DNA of 62,453 bases from an uncultured Rhodospirillaceae bacterium (GCA_964474755.1 CAYYUG010000013.1:1-62453), one strand, 5' to 3'; shown: positions 50,230-59,264, counted from the stretch's first letter. The notes: generated by a model from the letters alone, not told the origin. Made by a program: numbers and translations.

Positions 50230-50739
50230 TCAATGACGTGGCCCGATGTAGTTTTCGCCATTAACCTCGGAAATTGTCCTTGCCGCTTCGACTTTGACAG
50301 GTTTGCGTAAGCGGAGCCTCAAGCCAGCCTTACTCAGCGCGCAGGAAAGTTGTTTTATCGGGGTCTGGGCCACACGTTGTGCAGCTTTAGGCAACCAAGC
50401 ACTCAAATACGGATTAATATGACTTTCATCGTAATCGTGTTGCCAGGCGGCGATTGCGCCAATAATACGTTCTTCGTCGGGACTAATCGATGAGCACTTG
50501 GTGCAACGAATGTCGATACGCTGTTGCGCTGATACGGTGATGATCGTCATCAAATCGTCGAGCGCCGGATGGCCATCCGGCGCGCGGGCAAGTTTGAAAG
50601 CCGTCCGCAATTCAGACTGGACATTCGTCTCATTTTTCAAGGCCTGAACCCAGAAACGGACGGCCCAAACAATTAACTGTTCACTGAAGGGGAGCTCTCC
50701 ATATTCGTCTGAATTGGGTAGGTGTTCAGAACTGTCCAT
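50230..50739 (-). CDS. Hypothetical protein with CxxC..SxDE motif (paralog of 55817-56329)
   Basis: Clean ORF just downstream of the DUF2325 gene; EQLIVWAVR, RCTKCSSISPDE, ALSKAGL. Confidence 0.8.
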   Translation of the reverse strand: MDSSEHLPNSDEYGELPFSEQLIVWAVRFWVQALKNETNVQSELRTAFKLARAPDGHPALDDLMTIITVSAQQRIDIRCTKCSSISPDEERIIGAIAAWQHDYDESHINPYLSAWLPKAAQRVAQTPIKQLSCALSKAGLRLRLRKPVKVEAARTISEVNGENYIGPRH

Positions 50740-50782
50740 CTGTTTTATCCAACTACTGGGGGGAATGGTTTTTTCGAAAGGT

Positions 50783-51949
50783 TTATGTGGTGTACAGGCC
50801 ATTACGAAGGACGGCGACGAAAGACGTGATCCCGGAGCTGCGCAGCGGAACGAAGGGTTTCATTGTCTGGTGGCAAAGTTGTTTGACCTTAAGGGCCGCG
50901 CTGTGGCTGACGCAGTCGGTCGGAAACATTACCGCGTCGGCTTTAGAGACTTCGCGTGCCAACCCAGCTATAGACCGCTCTATACCGCCGTCATGGTGTA
51001 AAAGCTGGCCGTTCCATTTTTCGACCAGAGCACGTAGATGATGAACCGTATGCTGACGTCCGCCGACGTATAGTAGACAACGGCCATCGAGATCGAAGTC
51101 GCATCTGGTTTTTGATGCAGTGCATTCGCCATGAATGATGCTTTCAAGGGACTGGTTCTCTTCCCGCAGAGCAACGTTTTGTTGCTGCAGTCTTTCGACT
51201 TCGACACCTTTCTCCGCAACAGCTGCGTAGAGACGTGTGATCTCTGCATCGCGTTGCGCCATTTCGCTTGTAAGGTGCTGCTGCAGGGCCGGTTGCAGCC
51301 GGTCAAAACGCACATCGTCTGCAACCTTCGCCTTAGAGTACGGTTGAGCTCTTAGGCTATTTTTCAGCTGCGCGATTTCTCGGTTTTTTTCTTCGAGGCG
51401 TAGATAATTTCGCTGATGTTGTTTCCCTAACTTTTCGTCCAGTGATGCCACTTGGTTTTCGAGTGCGCTGAGGCGCCGGACATCGGCCCGATTGGAGGCG
51501 CCGACGAGATGTGAAAGCATGTGAACATCGGCAAACATGCGTTCGCATAACGCACCGGCGTCCATGGGGTGGGTGAGTATTGCCCAATATAATCCAGGGA
51601 CGCTGCCTGACGCCCGAGCATCCGACCAAAGCGCCTCCAGATCTTTAATGGATCTTGCATCTTTCGCTTTGCGGATTGCGCCCGTATGCCGTTTGTCCAA
51701 CAACTTGTTGAGCAATTTAGCCGGCCGTTTCGGCTCACACGCCTCCTTCACGAAGTAGCCGTGAAACTGATAATCCTGCGGCTCGCCGGCGCGGGTGTGC
51801 AGCGACAGCTTTCGCCCTAGCGCACGGAGATCGGATAGGGTCAGGCAGGTCCCCAGGATCGAGCAATGCCAACCGCTGTTCAAATCCCAAAGGCGTTTTC
51901 GACGCCCTGATGCCATCTTTGTATCCAATTTGTCACATGCCGTGCACAT
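50783..51949 (-). CDS. Long-form DUF2325 protein (Cys/His N-terminal domain, coiled coil, C-terminal DUF2325)
   Basis: RRKRLWDL..HCSILGTCL, HMLSHLVGA, heptad-rich middle, YVGGR..HHDGG..ADAVMFPTDCVSH; GGAGGG RBS. Confidence 0.85.
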   Translation of the reverse strand: MCTACDKLDTKMASGRRKRLWDLNSGWHCSILGTCLTLSDLRALGRKLSLHTRAGEPQDYQFHGYFVKEACEPKRPAKLLNKLLDKRHTGAIRKAKDARSIKDLEALWSDARASGSVPGLYWAILTHPMDAGALCERMFADVHMLSHLVGASNRADVRRLSALENQVASLDEKLGKQHQRNYLRLEEKNREIAQLKNSLRAQPYSKAKVADDVRFDRLQPALQQHLTSEMAQRDAEITRLYAAVAEKGVEVERLQQQNVALREENQSLESIIHGECTASKTRCDFDLDGRCLLYVGGRQHTVHHLRALVEKWNGQLLHHDGGIERSIAGLAREVSKADAVMFPTDCVSHSAALKVKQLCHQTMKPFVPLRSSGITSFVAVLRNGLYTT

Positions 51950-52094
51950 GAAAAAAATCCCCTCCGTGAGGTGCTTTGCGCTTAGTTCTTTGAGATTGTT
52001 CGGGGCGTGTTTTGCTTTGGTTTTTTAGTTTTTCTGGCAATTGCTTCAGCGACCAAAATACGCGCCAGAATTTGTAAATTGATAAACCTGATGG

Positions 52095-52655
52095 TCATTG
52101 GGCGATGTCCGTCTGGACTTGGTCAACATCTTTGCTCATGCCGGCTTCATCCGCGACGCCGGATAGGAAATGAACCATCGCTTCCAGCCGCTGCTGCTCC
52201 ATAATCATCCAAAATGTTTTGTACCGGCCCTCATACGGACATTTCGCACTGCGCTGTTCGAAGGACTCAAGCCTTGCCTGCAGCCTATTTCGAAAGCTGG
52301 TAAGGACCGAATGCGCAGTCTTCGCATCCGTCGAATCCAGCAAGCACATTTGAATTGCTTCGGCCGCATGGAAAGCCGACGGTGCCAGATCCTCTGGCGG
52401 GCATAGCAGTAGTTTTTTGGTTTTCGCTATACCCTTGAGCGTAACGTTAAGGCGTTCGTCTGATCGGTGAACCCCTGTGCGCCGCAAGTGAGCCGTGCCC
52501 AAATTTCTCTCTATTACAGCTGCTATTACACTCGTAGTAGGGTGCCAGTGTTCTGGAACCAATGCCTTAGCGGCGACCGCAATACTATCGGGTTTGATCG
52601 GTCCATCGCTGGCAATACCTAAAACGGCTAGATCGACGATGGATGCGCCTATCAT
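52095..52655 (-). CDS. Hypothetical protein, PadR-like winged-helix architecture
   Basis: LAVLGIASDGP, ..NVTLKG (wing-like) and a helical C-terminus; preceded by Fur-type boxes. Confidence 0.65.
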   Translation of the reverse strand: MIGASIVDLAVLGIASDGPIKPDSIAVAAKALVPEHWHPTTSVIAAVIERNLGTAHLRRTGVHRSDERLNVTLKGIAKTKKLLLCPPEDLAPSAFHAAEAIQMCLLDSTDAKTAHSVLTSFRNRLQARLESFEQRSAKCPYEGRYKTFWMIMEQQRLEAMVHFLSGVADEAGMSKDVDQVQTDIAQ

Positions 52656-52680
52656 AAATGTGCCCTTTTCAAGTAATGCA

Positions 52681-52750
52681 AATGCGACTTATTATCATTA
52701 TATTTGCCGAATATGACCAATATTGCAAGTGATAATAAGTCGCATAAACT
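52681..52750. promoter_or_regulatory. Two identical Fur-type iron boxes in inverted orientation plus a sigma70-like + strand promoter
   Basis: ATGCGACTTATTATCA (52682-52697) and its exact reverse complement TGATAATAAGTCGCAT (52730-52745); TTGCAA-N16-TAAACT at 52723-52750. Confidence 0.7.
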
Positions 52751-52989
52751 AATAATGCACTGGCAATGCAAAGGGCAACAAGTAGGATTCAATGATGGTA
52801 TCTGTCCGCACCGATTAGTGTCTTTTGGAAACACCGTTGCAGGAAGCCGGACCTAAAATGACAAAAGTTGTGAGTAGAAAAAGTAAGTGCCGAGAGGTTT
52901 TGGATACTCGGCTAAATACACCAGTCCATATGCCTAGCCTACAGGACGTTACCCGATTGGGCCATTTAATAGCCAGGTTGCGTAGGCGT

Positions 52990-53256
52990 CTATTCGATCC
53001 ACTCGGCGACCTTCAACTGCGCGTCACGCTCTGGCATCTTCGGGTTATGCAGCCGGTAGACATTAGTTGCGGAATTGAAAGCCATCACTTCGGTAACGCC
53101 GCATCTGCGCAGTTCACGGAAAGCGCGACGGACAATTTTGCGGAATTTCAATGCGGCTTGTCCGTGGGGACATAGATTTTCGGTCTGTTTTGCTTGCACG
53201 GTATTTGGATCCGATCTGTCTGACTGAGTGTGCCCTTGGCTTTGAAGCTGGTTCAC
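52990..53256 (-). CDS. Small hypothetical protein
   Basis: GTG start; helical core VRRAFRELRRCG..AFNSATNVYRLHNP..VAEWI; downstream of and co-oriented with bfd. Confidence 0.7.
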   Translation of the reverse strand: MNQLQSQGHTQSDRSDPNTVQAKQTENLCPHGQAALKFRKIVRRAFRELRRCGVTEVMAFNSATNVYRLHNPKMPERDAQLKVAEWIE

Positions 53257-53372
53257 CGCACTTCTTCAAAGCTATAAATTCACAGTTTTCCGCTTACGTA
53301 CCGGCTTCAATCTTCAAAGCGGCGAGAAGGTTGAGTACCACGCTGCCTTTGAGGGAAGGCAAAGCAAACATT

Positions 53373-53594
53373 TCAGGTTGCTACAGCTAAGGCATTGGAG
53401 TCGATGAATGAATTTGGCTCGTGATGCGATGTTTTGAGATGATCGGCGATTGCATCGGCGATCTCACATTCGCATTTGCCACAGCAGGGGGTGAAGTCGT
53501 AATAGGCGTGAACTTCGTTCCAGCAAGCCGCCCCGCTGCAGGCAGCCGCCTTTACTTGACGTTCAGATATACCATTGCAATTACATATCAGCAT
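53373..53594 (-). CDS. bfd: Bacterioferritin-associated [2Fe-2S] ferredoxin
   Basis: MLICNCNGIS..CCGKC. Confidence 0.92.
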   Translation of the reverse strand: MLICNCNGISERQVKAAACSGAACWNEVHAYYDFTPCCGKCECEIADAIADHLKTSHHEPNSFIDSNALAVAT

Positions 53595-53620
53595 TTACGC
53601 CTACTTTCTAACACGGTTTA

Positions 53621-53660
53621 ATGCGAATGATTATCATCATTATTGCGAATGATTGTCAAT
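53621..53660 (-). promoter_or_regulatory. bfd promoter overlapped by tandem Fur-type boxes
   Basis: TGCGAATGATT(A/G)TCA repeated at a 22-bp period (53622, 53644); minus-strand TTGACA-N18-GATAAT. Confidence 0.75.
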
Positions 53661-53963
53661 ACCATAACGGCCACACGTTATACGAAAGACGAGACTACGC
53701 GGTCCGAAAATTTCATTATCCGCGAGAGAAACGATTTACGTAGTGAGGAACCGGTTGAAGTGACACCCGAAATCCCGAGCAGCTCAACCTCATCTTTATA
53801 ACCGCACCAACGGCTATCGACCTCATAGCTAGTCGCCAGATGAGACTGATGGTTAAGGTTTTCTGGCGCATCGCGTTACCCAATTGCATCTACGCGCGCT
53901 TGGTCGTGTTTTTGTCGGGTACGAGCTAGGGCCCGCTTTTGCGTTGGCGCCCCAACAAACGCA

Positions 53964-54926
53964 TCACGCGGCTTCTGAGGCAACTAAATGCCCTGGGCTC
54001 ACTTCATTGTAGGTGAGAACTGGCGGCGCGTAATCAAGCGGACGTACCGCACTTGGGATTTCGTCCACTTCTATATTGCGTTCGGTGCGGCGCAACGCGG
54101 GATCGGCCACCGGAACCGCCGACAGAAGCTTTTTCGTATACTCATGTATCGGGTTTTCAAAGACTGCGGCACGGGGTCCGATTTCCACGATGCGGCCCAG
54201 ATACATGACGGCCACGCGATGGCTGATCCGCTCGACCACGGCCATGTCATGACTGATGAAAAGAAAAGATAGGCCTAAATTTGACTGCAGGTCCATCAGC
54301 AGGTTGATGACCTGCGCCTTGATCGTAACATCGAGCGCAGACACAGCTTCGTCGCAGATAATCATTTTTGGATCGAGCGCGAGTGCTCTCGCGATAGAGA
54401 TGCGCTGCCGTTGTCCACCGCTGAGCTCGTGCGGGAACCGGCTCGCGAAGTGGGGCTTAAGATTGACTTTTTCAAGCAAGTCGGCGATGCGGGCCTCGAC
54501 ATTTTTTTGCTGGAGTAGATTGTGCACCCGGATCGGTTCTGCCAGCGTGTCATAGACCGACATGCGGGGGTTGAGGGACGAATACGGATCTTGGAAAATC
54601 ATTTGCACCGAGCGACAAAACGCGAGGCGCTCCTCCCGCGAGTGCTCCAGTACTGACTGACCGTTGAACAGGATTTCTCCCGAGGTTGCCTCCTGAAGTC
54701 CCATAATGGTGCGGCCCGTGGTTGTCTTCCCGCAACCGCTTTCGCCGACTAGGCTCAACGTCTCGCCCCGCTTGATCTGAAAGGAGATGTCCTCGACCGC
54801 GTGCACTCGTGATGACGTACGCTTGAAGAAGCCGTCAGTGATATCGAAGCGGGTCGTCAAATTGTTGACTTCGAGTAGATAGGGGCTCGGGTGCATCACT
54901 GGTTCCATAGGGGAAAATTCCTTCAT
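53964..54926 (-). CDS. Oligopeptide/glutathione-type ABC ATPase (DppF-like; resembles the C-half of GsiA)
   Basis: GESGCGKT, IFQDP, LSGGQRQR, CDEAVSALD, HDM; start may be 54908. Confidence 0.9.
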   Translation of the reverse strand: MKEFSPMEPVMHPSPYLLEVNNLTTRFDITDGFFKRTSSRVHAVEDISFQIKRGETLSLVGESGCGKTTTGRTIMGLQEATSGEILFNGQSVLEHSREERLAFCRSVQMIFQDPYSSLNPRMSVYDTLAEPIRVHNLLQQKNVEARIADLLEKVNLKPHFASRFPHELSGGQRQRISIARALALDPKMIICDEAVSALDVTIKAQVINLLMDLQSNLGLSFLFISHDMAVVERISHRVAVMYLGRIVEIGPRAAVFENPIHEYTKKLLSAVPVADPALRRTERNIEVDEIPSAVRPLDYAPPVLTYNEVSPGHLVASEAA

Positions 54927-54945
54927 TTCACTTAGCTAAAATTGA

Positions 54946-55806
54946 CTACTCGACAACTTCCGGAAATTTCTCCGGCTTCTGCTTGCCGGCCATGCTGCCG
55001 ATACGGGGTACGGCGCCGATAAGCTTTTTCGTGTAGTCATGTTTCGGTTTGTGGAAGATGTCATGCACAGGGCCATGCTCGACAATCTTGCCCTCGTACA
55101 TGACGATGACATCGTCAGCCATCTCTGCAATGACCGCCATGTCGTGGGTGATAAACAACACCGACATGCCAAATTCCTCTTGAACGTCTTTTATCAAATC
55201 GAGGATCTGCGCCTGAATTGTCACATCGAGGGCTGTCGTAGGTTCATCTGCGATCAACAGCGATGGGCCGCAGGCTAGCGCCATAGCGATCATGACGCGC
55301 TGGCGCATGCCGCCAGATAGGTTATGAGGGTACTGACTGAGCTTACTCTCAGCATCAGGAATGCGGACACGCCGCAACAGGCCTAGTACTTTCTCTTCCG
55401 CTTCGTCTCCTGTGAGGTTTAGGTGTTGGAAAAGTGCCTCGGTTAGCTGCGTTCGGATCGTCAGTACGGGATTGAGGCACGTCATGGGTTCCTGAAAGAT
55501 CATGCCAATTTCTCGGCCTCGGACCGTTCCCATTGTCTTTTCGTCCGCCTTCGTGATGTCAACCCGACCGAGACGATCACTGTTTAGAAATATACTTCCC
55601 ACGGGCATGTATGCGCCTGCCATATCGTTGAGCCGCAGCATCGACATAGATGTCACAGATTTGCCTGATCCGGATTCGCCGACGACGCCCAGGGTTTTCC
55701 CCTTCGGGATATTAAAAGTAATGCCCCGTACAGCCTCGACATGCTTTCCGACGGTGGGGAAGGTGACATGGAGGTTGTCGACCTCCATTAGGACGTCCTG
55801 CGACAT
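54946..55806 (-). CDS. Oligopeptide/glutathione-type ABC ATPase (DppD-like; resembles the N-half of GsiA)
   Basis: [33 protein letters not shown]. Confidence 0.9.
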   Translation of the reverse strand: MSQDVLMEVDNLHVTFPTVGKHVEAVRGITFNIPKGKTLGVVGESGSGKSVTSMSMLRLNDMAGAYMPVGSIFLNSDRLGRVDITKADEKTMGTVRGREIGMIFQEPMTCLNPVLTIRTQLTEALFQHLNLTGDEAEEKVLGLLRRVRIPDAESKLSQYPHNLSGGMRQRVMIAMALACGPSLLIADEPTTALDVTIQAQILDLIKDVQEEFGMSVLFITHDMAVIAEMADDVIVMYEGKIVEHGPVHDIFHKPKHDYTKKLIGAVPRIGSMAGKQKPEKFPEVVE

Positions 55807-55816
55807 GTGTGCTCCT

Positions 55817-56329
55817 CTAATGCAATGTTTCGGTGTTGAGATTTTTAAATTTCAGGTTCAAGCCGTGGTTGATACTGACCGACGGCACGTTTCGATTGTT
55901 GCGGTTGACGGAGGTCACCAGCATCCTCGCTTTCAGTTGTCTTGTTGTGCGCATCTTTAGGCCTGCTTTGTTCAATGCGGTGGCGATATCGTTCAAAATT
56001 TCCTGCGCTATTTGGACGCTGTCCTGTGGAAACCACCAATGCAGCACTTCCGTGACCGTTTTTTCGTTACCACAGTGTTTCTCAGAAATTACGTAAAGCA
56101 ATTGAAGTTCAAACAGAGTTGTCTTCGAATCGAAGAGGGGCCGAAGCTTTACGGCAAAGGGATCGTGGTCGCGTAGTAGGTCGATGAAAATTTGAAGAAG
56201 TGGTCCGATTTCGTCGAAAGCTTCTCTGTTCTCTGCCGACAGCCATGTGTCCTGCGACCTATAGAGGTGTCTCCGCGTGGCTTGGATGATAAGCGTTTCA
56301 AGGGCATCTAGAGAGATGTGTAGTGTCAT
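55817..56329 (-). CDS. Hypothetical protein, CxxC-less paralog of 50230-50739
   Basis: ETLIIQATR, WFPQ..IAQ..ALNKAGL; 10 bp upstream of the ATPase gene. Confidence 0.75.
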   Translation of the reverse strand: MTLHISLDALETLIIQATRRHLYRSQDTWLSAENREAFDEIGPLLQIFIDLLRDHDPFAVKLRPLFDSKTTLFELQLLYVISEKHCGNEKTVTEVLHWWFPQDSVQIAQEILNDIATALNKAGLKMRTTRQLKARMLVTSVNRNNRNVPSVSINHGLNLKFKNLNTETLH

Positions 56330-56351
56330 ATTTCAACTAGTTAGGAATTAT

Positions 56352-56376
56352 AATGATATTAATAATTATTCTCAAT
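56352..56376. promoter_or_regulatory. Fur-type box upstream of 55817-56329
   Basis: GATATTAATAATTATTCTC (56355-56373) matches 15/19 of GATAATGATAATCATTATC. Confidence 0.6.
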
Positions 56377-56654
56377 AATGGCATAAAGCAAACGAAAATT
56401 ATTCGTACCACTGGAAATGTATGCCGATTTACGACTCGTTAAGGAATTAAATTAGGTCAATTTGTGACATTACGCTAAATGCGATGACGAGTGTGCTAAC
56501 CCGTGATTTGAAGGTTTCCTGCCTATGTGACGTACCAATATGAGATCGTTGAAAACGGTAATTCTCTATTGGTGCCGGTTAATATTAGTACTGTGGAATC
56601 AAATACAATTTAGAGAAATTAATAATTATTCGCAAATATAAATAAAGAAATACT

Positions 56655-56673
56655 GATTATGATAATCATTATT
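56655..56673. promoter_or_regulatory. Fur box upstream of the bfr pair
   Basis: GATTATGATAATCATTATT matches 17/19 of GATAATGATAATCATTATC. Confidence 0.75.
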
Positions 56674-56773
56674 AATAACAGTTCTGATAATTAATCGTAA
56701 TTAAATAATGTTTACTTTAATTAATTATGTTAATACTTTAATTTATATAGAGCAGGTTATTTGGAGGTTGAGC

Positions 56774-57238
56774 ATGAAGGCAAGCACAACCATCATCAGA
56801 CAGCTGAATGCTGTTCTCAAGAATGAACTGATTGCGATCAATCAGTCTTTTCTACATTCCCGCATGTTCAGAAATTGGGGCATGGGCCGTATCGGCGAGC
56901 GGGAATACAAGAAATCAATCAATGACATGAAGCAGGCCGATAAACTTATCGAACGGATTTTGTTTCTCGAAGGGCTTCCGAACCTGCAAGATCTGGGCAA
57001 GCTGCGTCTCGGCGAAGACACCGAGGAGATCCTGCAATGTGAACTTGCACTAGAAACTGACAGCATTGCCGAATTGCGAAAAGCGATCACATTTTGCGAG
57101 AACGAGAAGGACTTCGTCTCACGTGAAGTGCTCGACGATATTCTTAAAGATGAGGAGGAATTTGTCGATTGGGTGGAAACCCAGATCTTGCTGGTTAGAG
57201 ATATGGGCCTCAAAAATTATATCCAATCACAAGCTTAG
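56774..57238 (+). CDS. bfr: Bacterioferritin, heme-binding subunit with a degenerate ferroxidase centre
   Basis: ERILFLEG; Met52 retained; Y25S, E51D, H54Q and the second His ligand replaced by F; GGAGG RBS. Confidence 0.92.
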   Translation: MKASTTIIRQLNAVLKNELIAINQSFLHSRMFRNWGMGRIGEREYKKSINDMKQADKLIERILFLEGLPNLQDLGKLRLGEDTEEILQCELALETDSIAELRKAITFCENEKDFVSREVLDDILKDEEEFVDWVETQILLVRDMGLKNYIQSQA

Positions 57239-57251
57239 GGAGGACAAACGG

Positions 57252-57722
57252 ATGAAAGGTAACGCCAAGGTAATCGAAATTCTAAATGGCCTGCTTACTC
57301 ATGAGATGTCCGCCGCCGATCAATACTTCATCCACTCACGAATGTTTGAAGATTGGGGTTTGGAGGAACTCTATGAGCGCCTCAAGCACGAACAGGAAGA
57401 GGAATTAGGGCACGCTGCGCAGCTCGTCGAACGAATCCTGTTTTTGGAAGGCATGCCTGATGTAGCTGCGCGCGAGAAACTCAACATTGGTGCTGACGTT
57501 AAGAGTATGGTTGAGAACGATCTCGCCTACGAAGTTTTCGTGCAAAAAGAGCTGGTTGCAGCCATTGCAAGCTGCGAGCAGGAAAGCGATTTTGTCAGTC
57601 GGCAAGTTTTAATCAAGCTACTCGAAGATACCGAAACCGACCACATCCACTGGTGTGAACAGCAGCTCGGCCTCATCGACAAAATGGGTGTGCAGAACTA
57701 TATCCAGTCGAAGACCTCGTAG
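57252..57722 (+). CDS. bfr: Bacterioferritin, ferroxidase subunit lacking the heme ligand
   Basis: E18, Y25, E51, H54 and ETDH retained; Leu at position 52; GGAGG RBS. Confidence 0.92.
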   Translation: MKGNAKVIEILNGLLTHEMSAADQYFIHSRMFEDWGLEELYERLKHEQEEELGHAAQLVERILFLEGMPDVAAREKLNIGADVKSMVENDLAYEVFVQKELVAAIASCEQESDFVSRQVLIKLLEDTETDHIHWCEQQLGLIDKMGVQNYIQSKTS

Positions 57723-57733
57723 CCGATTGGTTT

Positions 57734-57764
57734 GGTAGCTTTTCGGGCAAAACCCGATGCTACC
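57734..57764. terminator. Hairpin after bfr (probable terminator between convergent genes)
   Basis: GGTAGC-TTT-TCGGG-CAAAA-CCCGA-T-GCTACC; no clear U-tract. Confidence 0.45.
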
Positions 57765-57986
57765 GGGTATAGTTGGTTAGCGCGGATGTTGTTGCCCTCT
57801 TGCGTCGCAGAAGTTGGCCCGGACGCAGAAATTATCGTTATTAATGGCAAAATCAGCTATTTCAAAGTGGTTTAATAGGAACATATTTATCCGGGCGCGC
57901 CGGCTATGCCTGCCGATATAGCCTACCAGCCACCACATGAGTGTGCGTCTTTCGATTATCATCGCCTGGGTCGTGCCATGTCGCAG

Positions 57987-59264
57987 TCACACATGAGCAT
58001 TTATTTGTGACTTGCAGGTTGGTGTCGCAAGAAACGCCAGAATTGCAGAACCGAACCCGAGCATGGAAAATAACGTAAGCGACGCATCATAGCTGCCAGT
58101 GATATCAAATAGCGCACCTGAGACCAGCGGGCCGGACGCCTGTGCGAGTGTTTGCACCGGTATGGTGACACCACGGATAGCGCCAAGATTTTCACGTCCG
58201 AAATTGTTCGCCCATGCGACAGGCAGGATGGTCAGTAAGCCTCCGATACCGGCACCGAAGGTGACCGCTGCTAAATAGGCAGTCCAGGTATCTGAAACAA
58301 ACAGCATTACGGTACTGCCAAGACCAATCAGTGTTGCTGCCACCGCGAGACCCAATCGTGCGCCGTGTCGCAATTCGAATTGCCCGAAGAGGAGCCCTCC
58401 AAATGCCGCCGACATAGAAAATAAGCTTACGGCTGAGGCTGCGATACCCATGGATAATCCACGATCGATCATATGTGGGGCCTGATGCAGGCTGACACCA
58501 GCCTGTACGGGATAGATGAACACGGAAAACGCAATCAAGAGCCAGAAAGTCGAAGTTTGCATTGCCTCTCGGCGCGTAAAACTCACTTCTGGATTGGTTG
58601 CTTTATCGCTGTCGGTGTTTTCAAGGGTAGACTGCGAGACAGTATAGGGGCGAAGGCCGACATCTTCCGGTCGCTGAACCACTAAAAAGTAGTTTGGTGT
58701 AACACCGACGACTAGCACAAAAGCGGCGATCACAAGCCAACCTATTCGCCAATCCCAGAGATCTATAACCGAGAAAGCGACCAGCGGTAAAACGGTCAGG
58801 CCGATGCTGTGCGCTAGCGCGGCAAATGACATGGCACGCCCACGAAGTTGGATAAACCAGTTGGCTATTGCGCTGGTAATGGCGATTTCGAACGGTCCCG
58901 CGAAGGCCATTCGGCCTAGGCAAAATGCTATATAGAACCAGATCAGTGATCCCGTTTGCGATAGAGCAATCATGCTGACGCCAATTAAAAAGGTGCCGGC
59001 TACAAGTATCTGACCGGAACCTCGGCGATCGACCAAGACGCCAACTTTTGGAGAAACGACGGCGCCCAGTAATCCTCCAAGGGATACAGCGCCCGAGAAT
59101 TCAGTCATTGACCAGTCAAACGCTGTGGACATGGGAATAGCAAAGATCGACAGCGTCGCGACCGCGGAACCCTGCCGTGCAAAATTTGCACACATTGCGC
59201 ATCCCACGATTACCCAACCGTAGAAAAACGGCGTCCGTTGGATCAAACCTTTGGGGTTGGGCAT
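57987..59264 (-). CDS. MFS transporter
   Basis: FFYGWVIV, GVLVDRRG, NWF..RGRA, FGRENLG, GALFDITGSY. Confidence 0.92.
   Translation of the reverse strand: MPNPKGLIQRTPFFYGWVIVGCAMCANFARQGSAVATLSIFAIPMSTAFDWSMTEFSGAVSLGGLLGAVVSPKVGVLVDRRGSGQILVAGTFLIGVSMIALSQTGSLIWFYIAFCLGRMAFAGPFEIAITSAIANWFIQLRGRAMSFAALAHSIGLTVLPLVAFSVIDLWDWRIGWLVIAAFVLVVGVTPNYFLVVQRPEDVGLRPYTVSQSTLENTDSDKATNPEVSFTRREAMQTSTFWLLIAFSVFIYPVQAGVSLHQAPHMIDRGLSMGIAASAVSLFSMSAAFGGLLFGQFELRHGARLGLAVAATLIGLGSTVMLFVSDTWTAYLAAVTFGAGIGGLLTILPVAWANNFGRENLGAIRGVTIPVQTLAQASGPLVSGALFDITGSYDASLTLFSMLGFGSAILAFLATPTCKSQINAHV

Noticed and set aside
52825-53175. 116-aa plus-strand ORF after the orphan iron promoter
   Set aside because: It overlaps the better-supported minus-strand gene and has no recognisable motif; not fully excluded as a short peptide.
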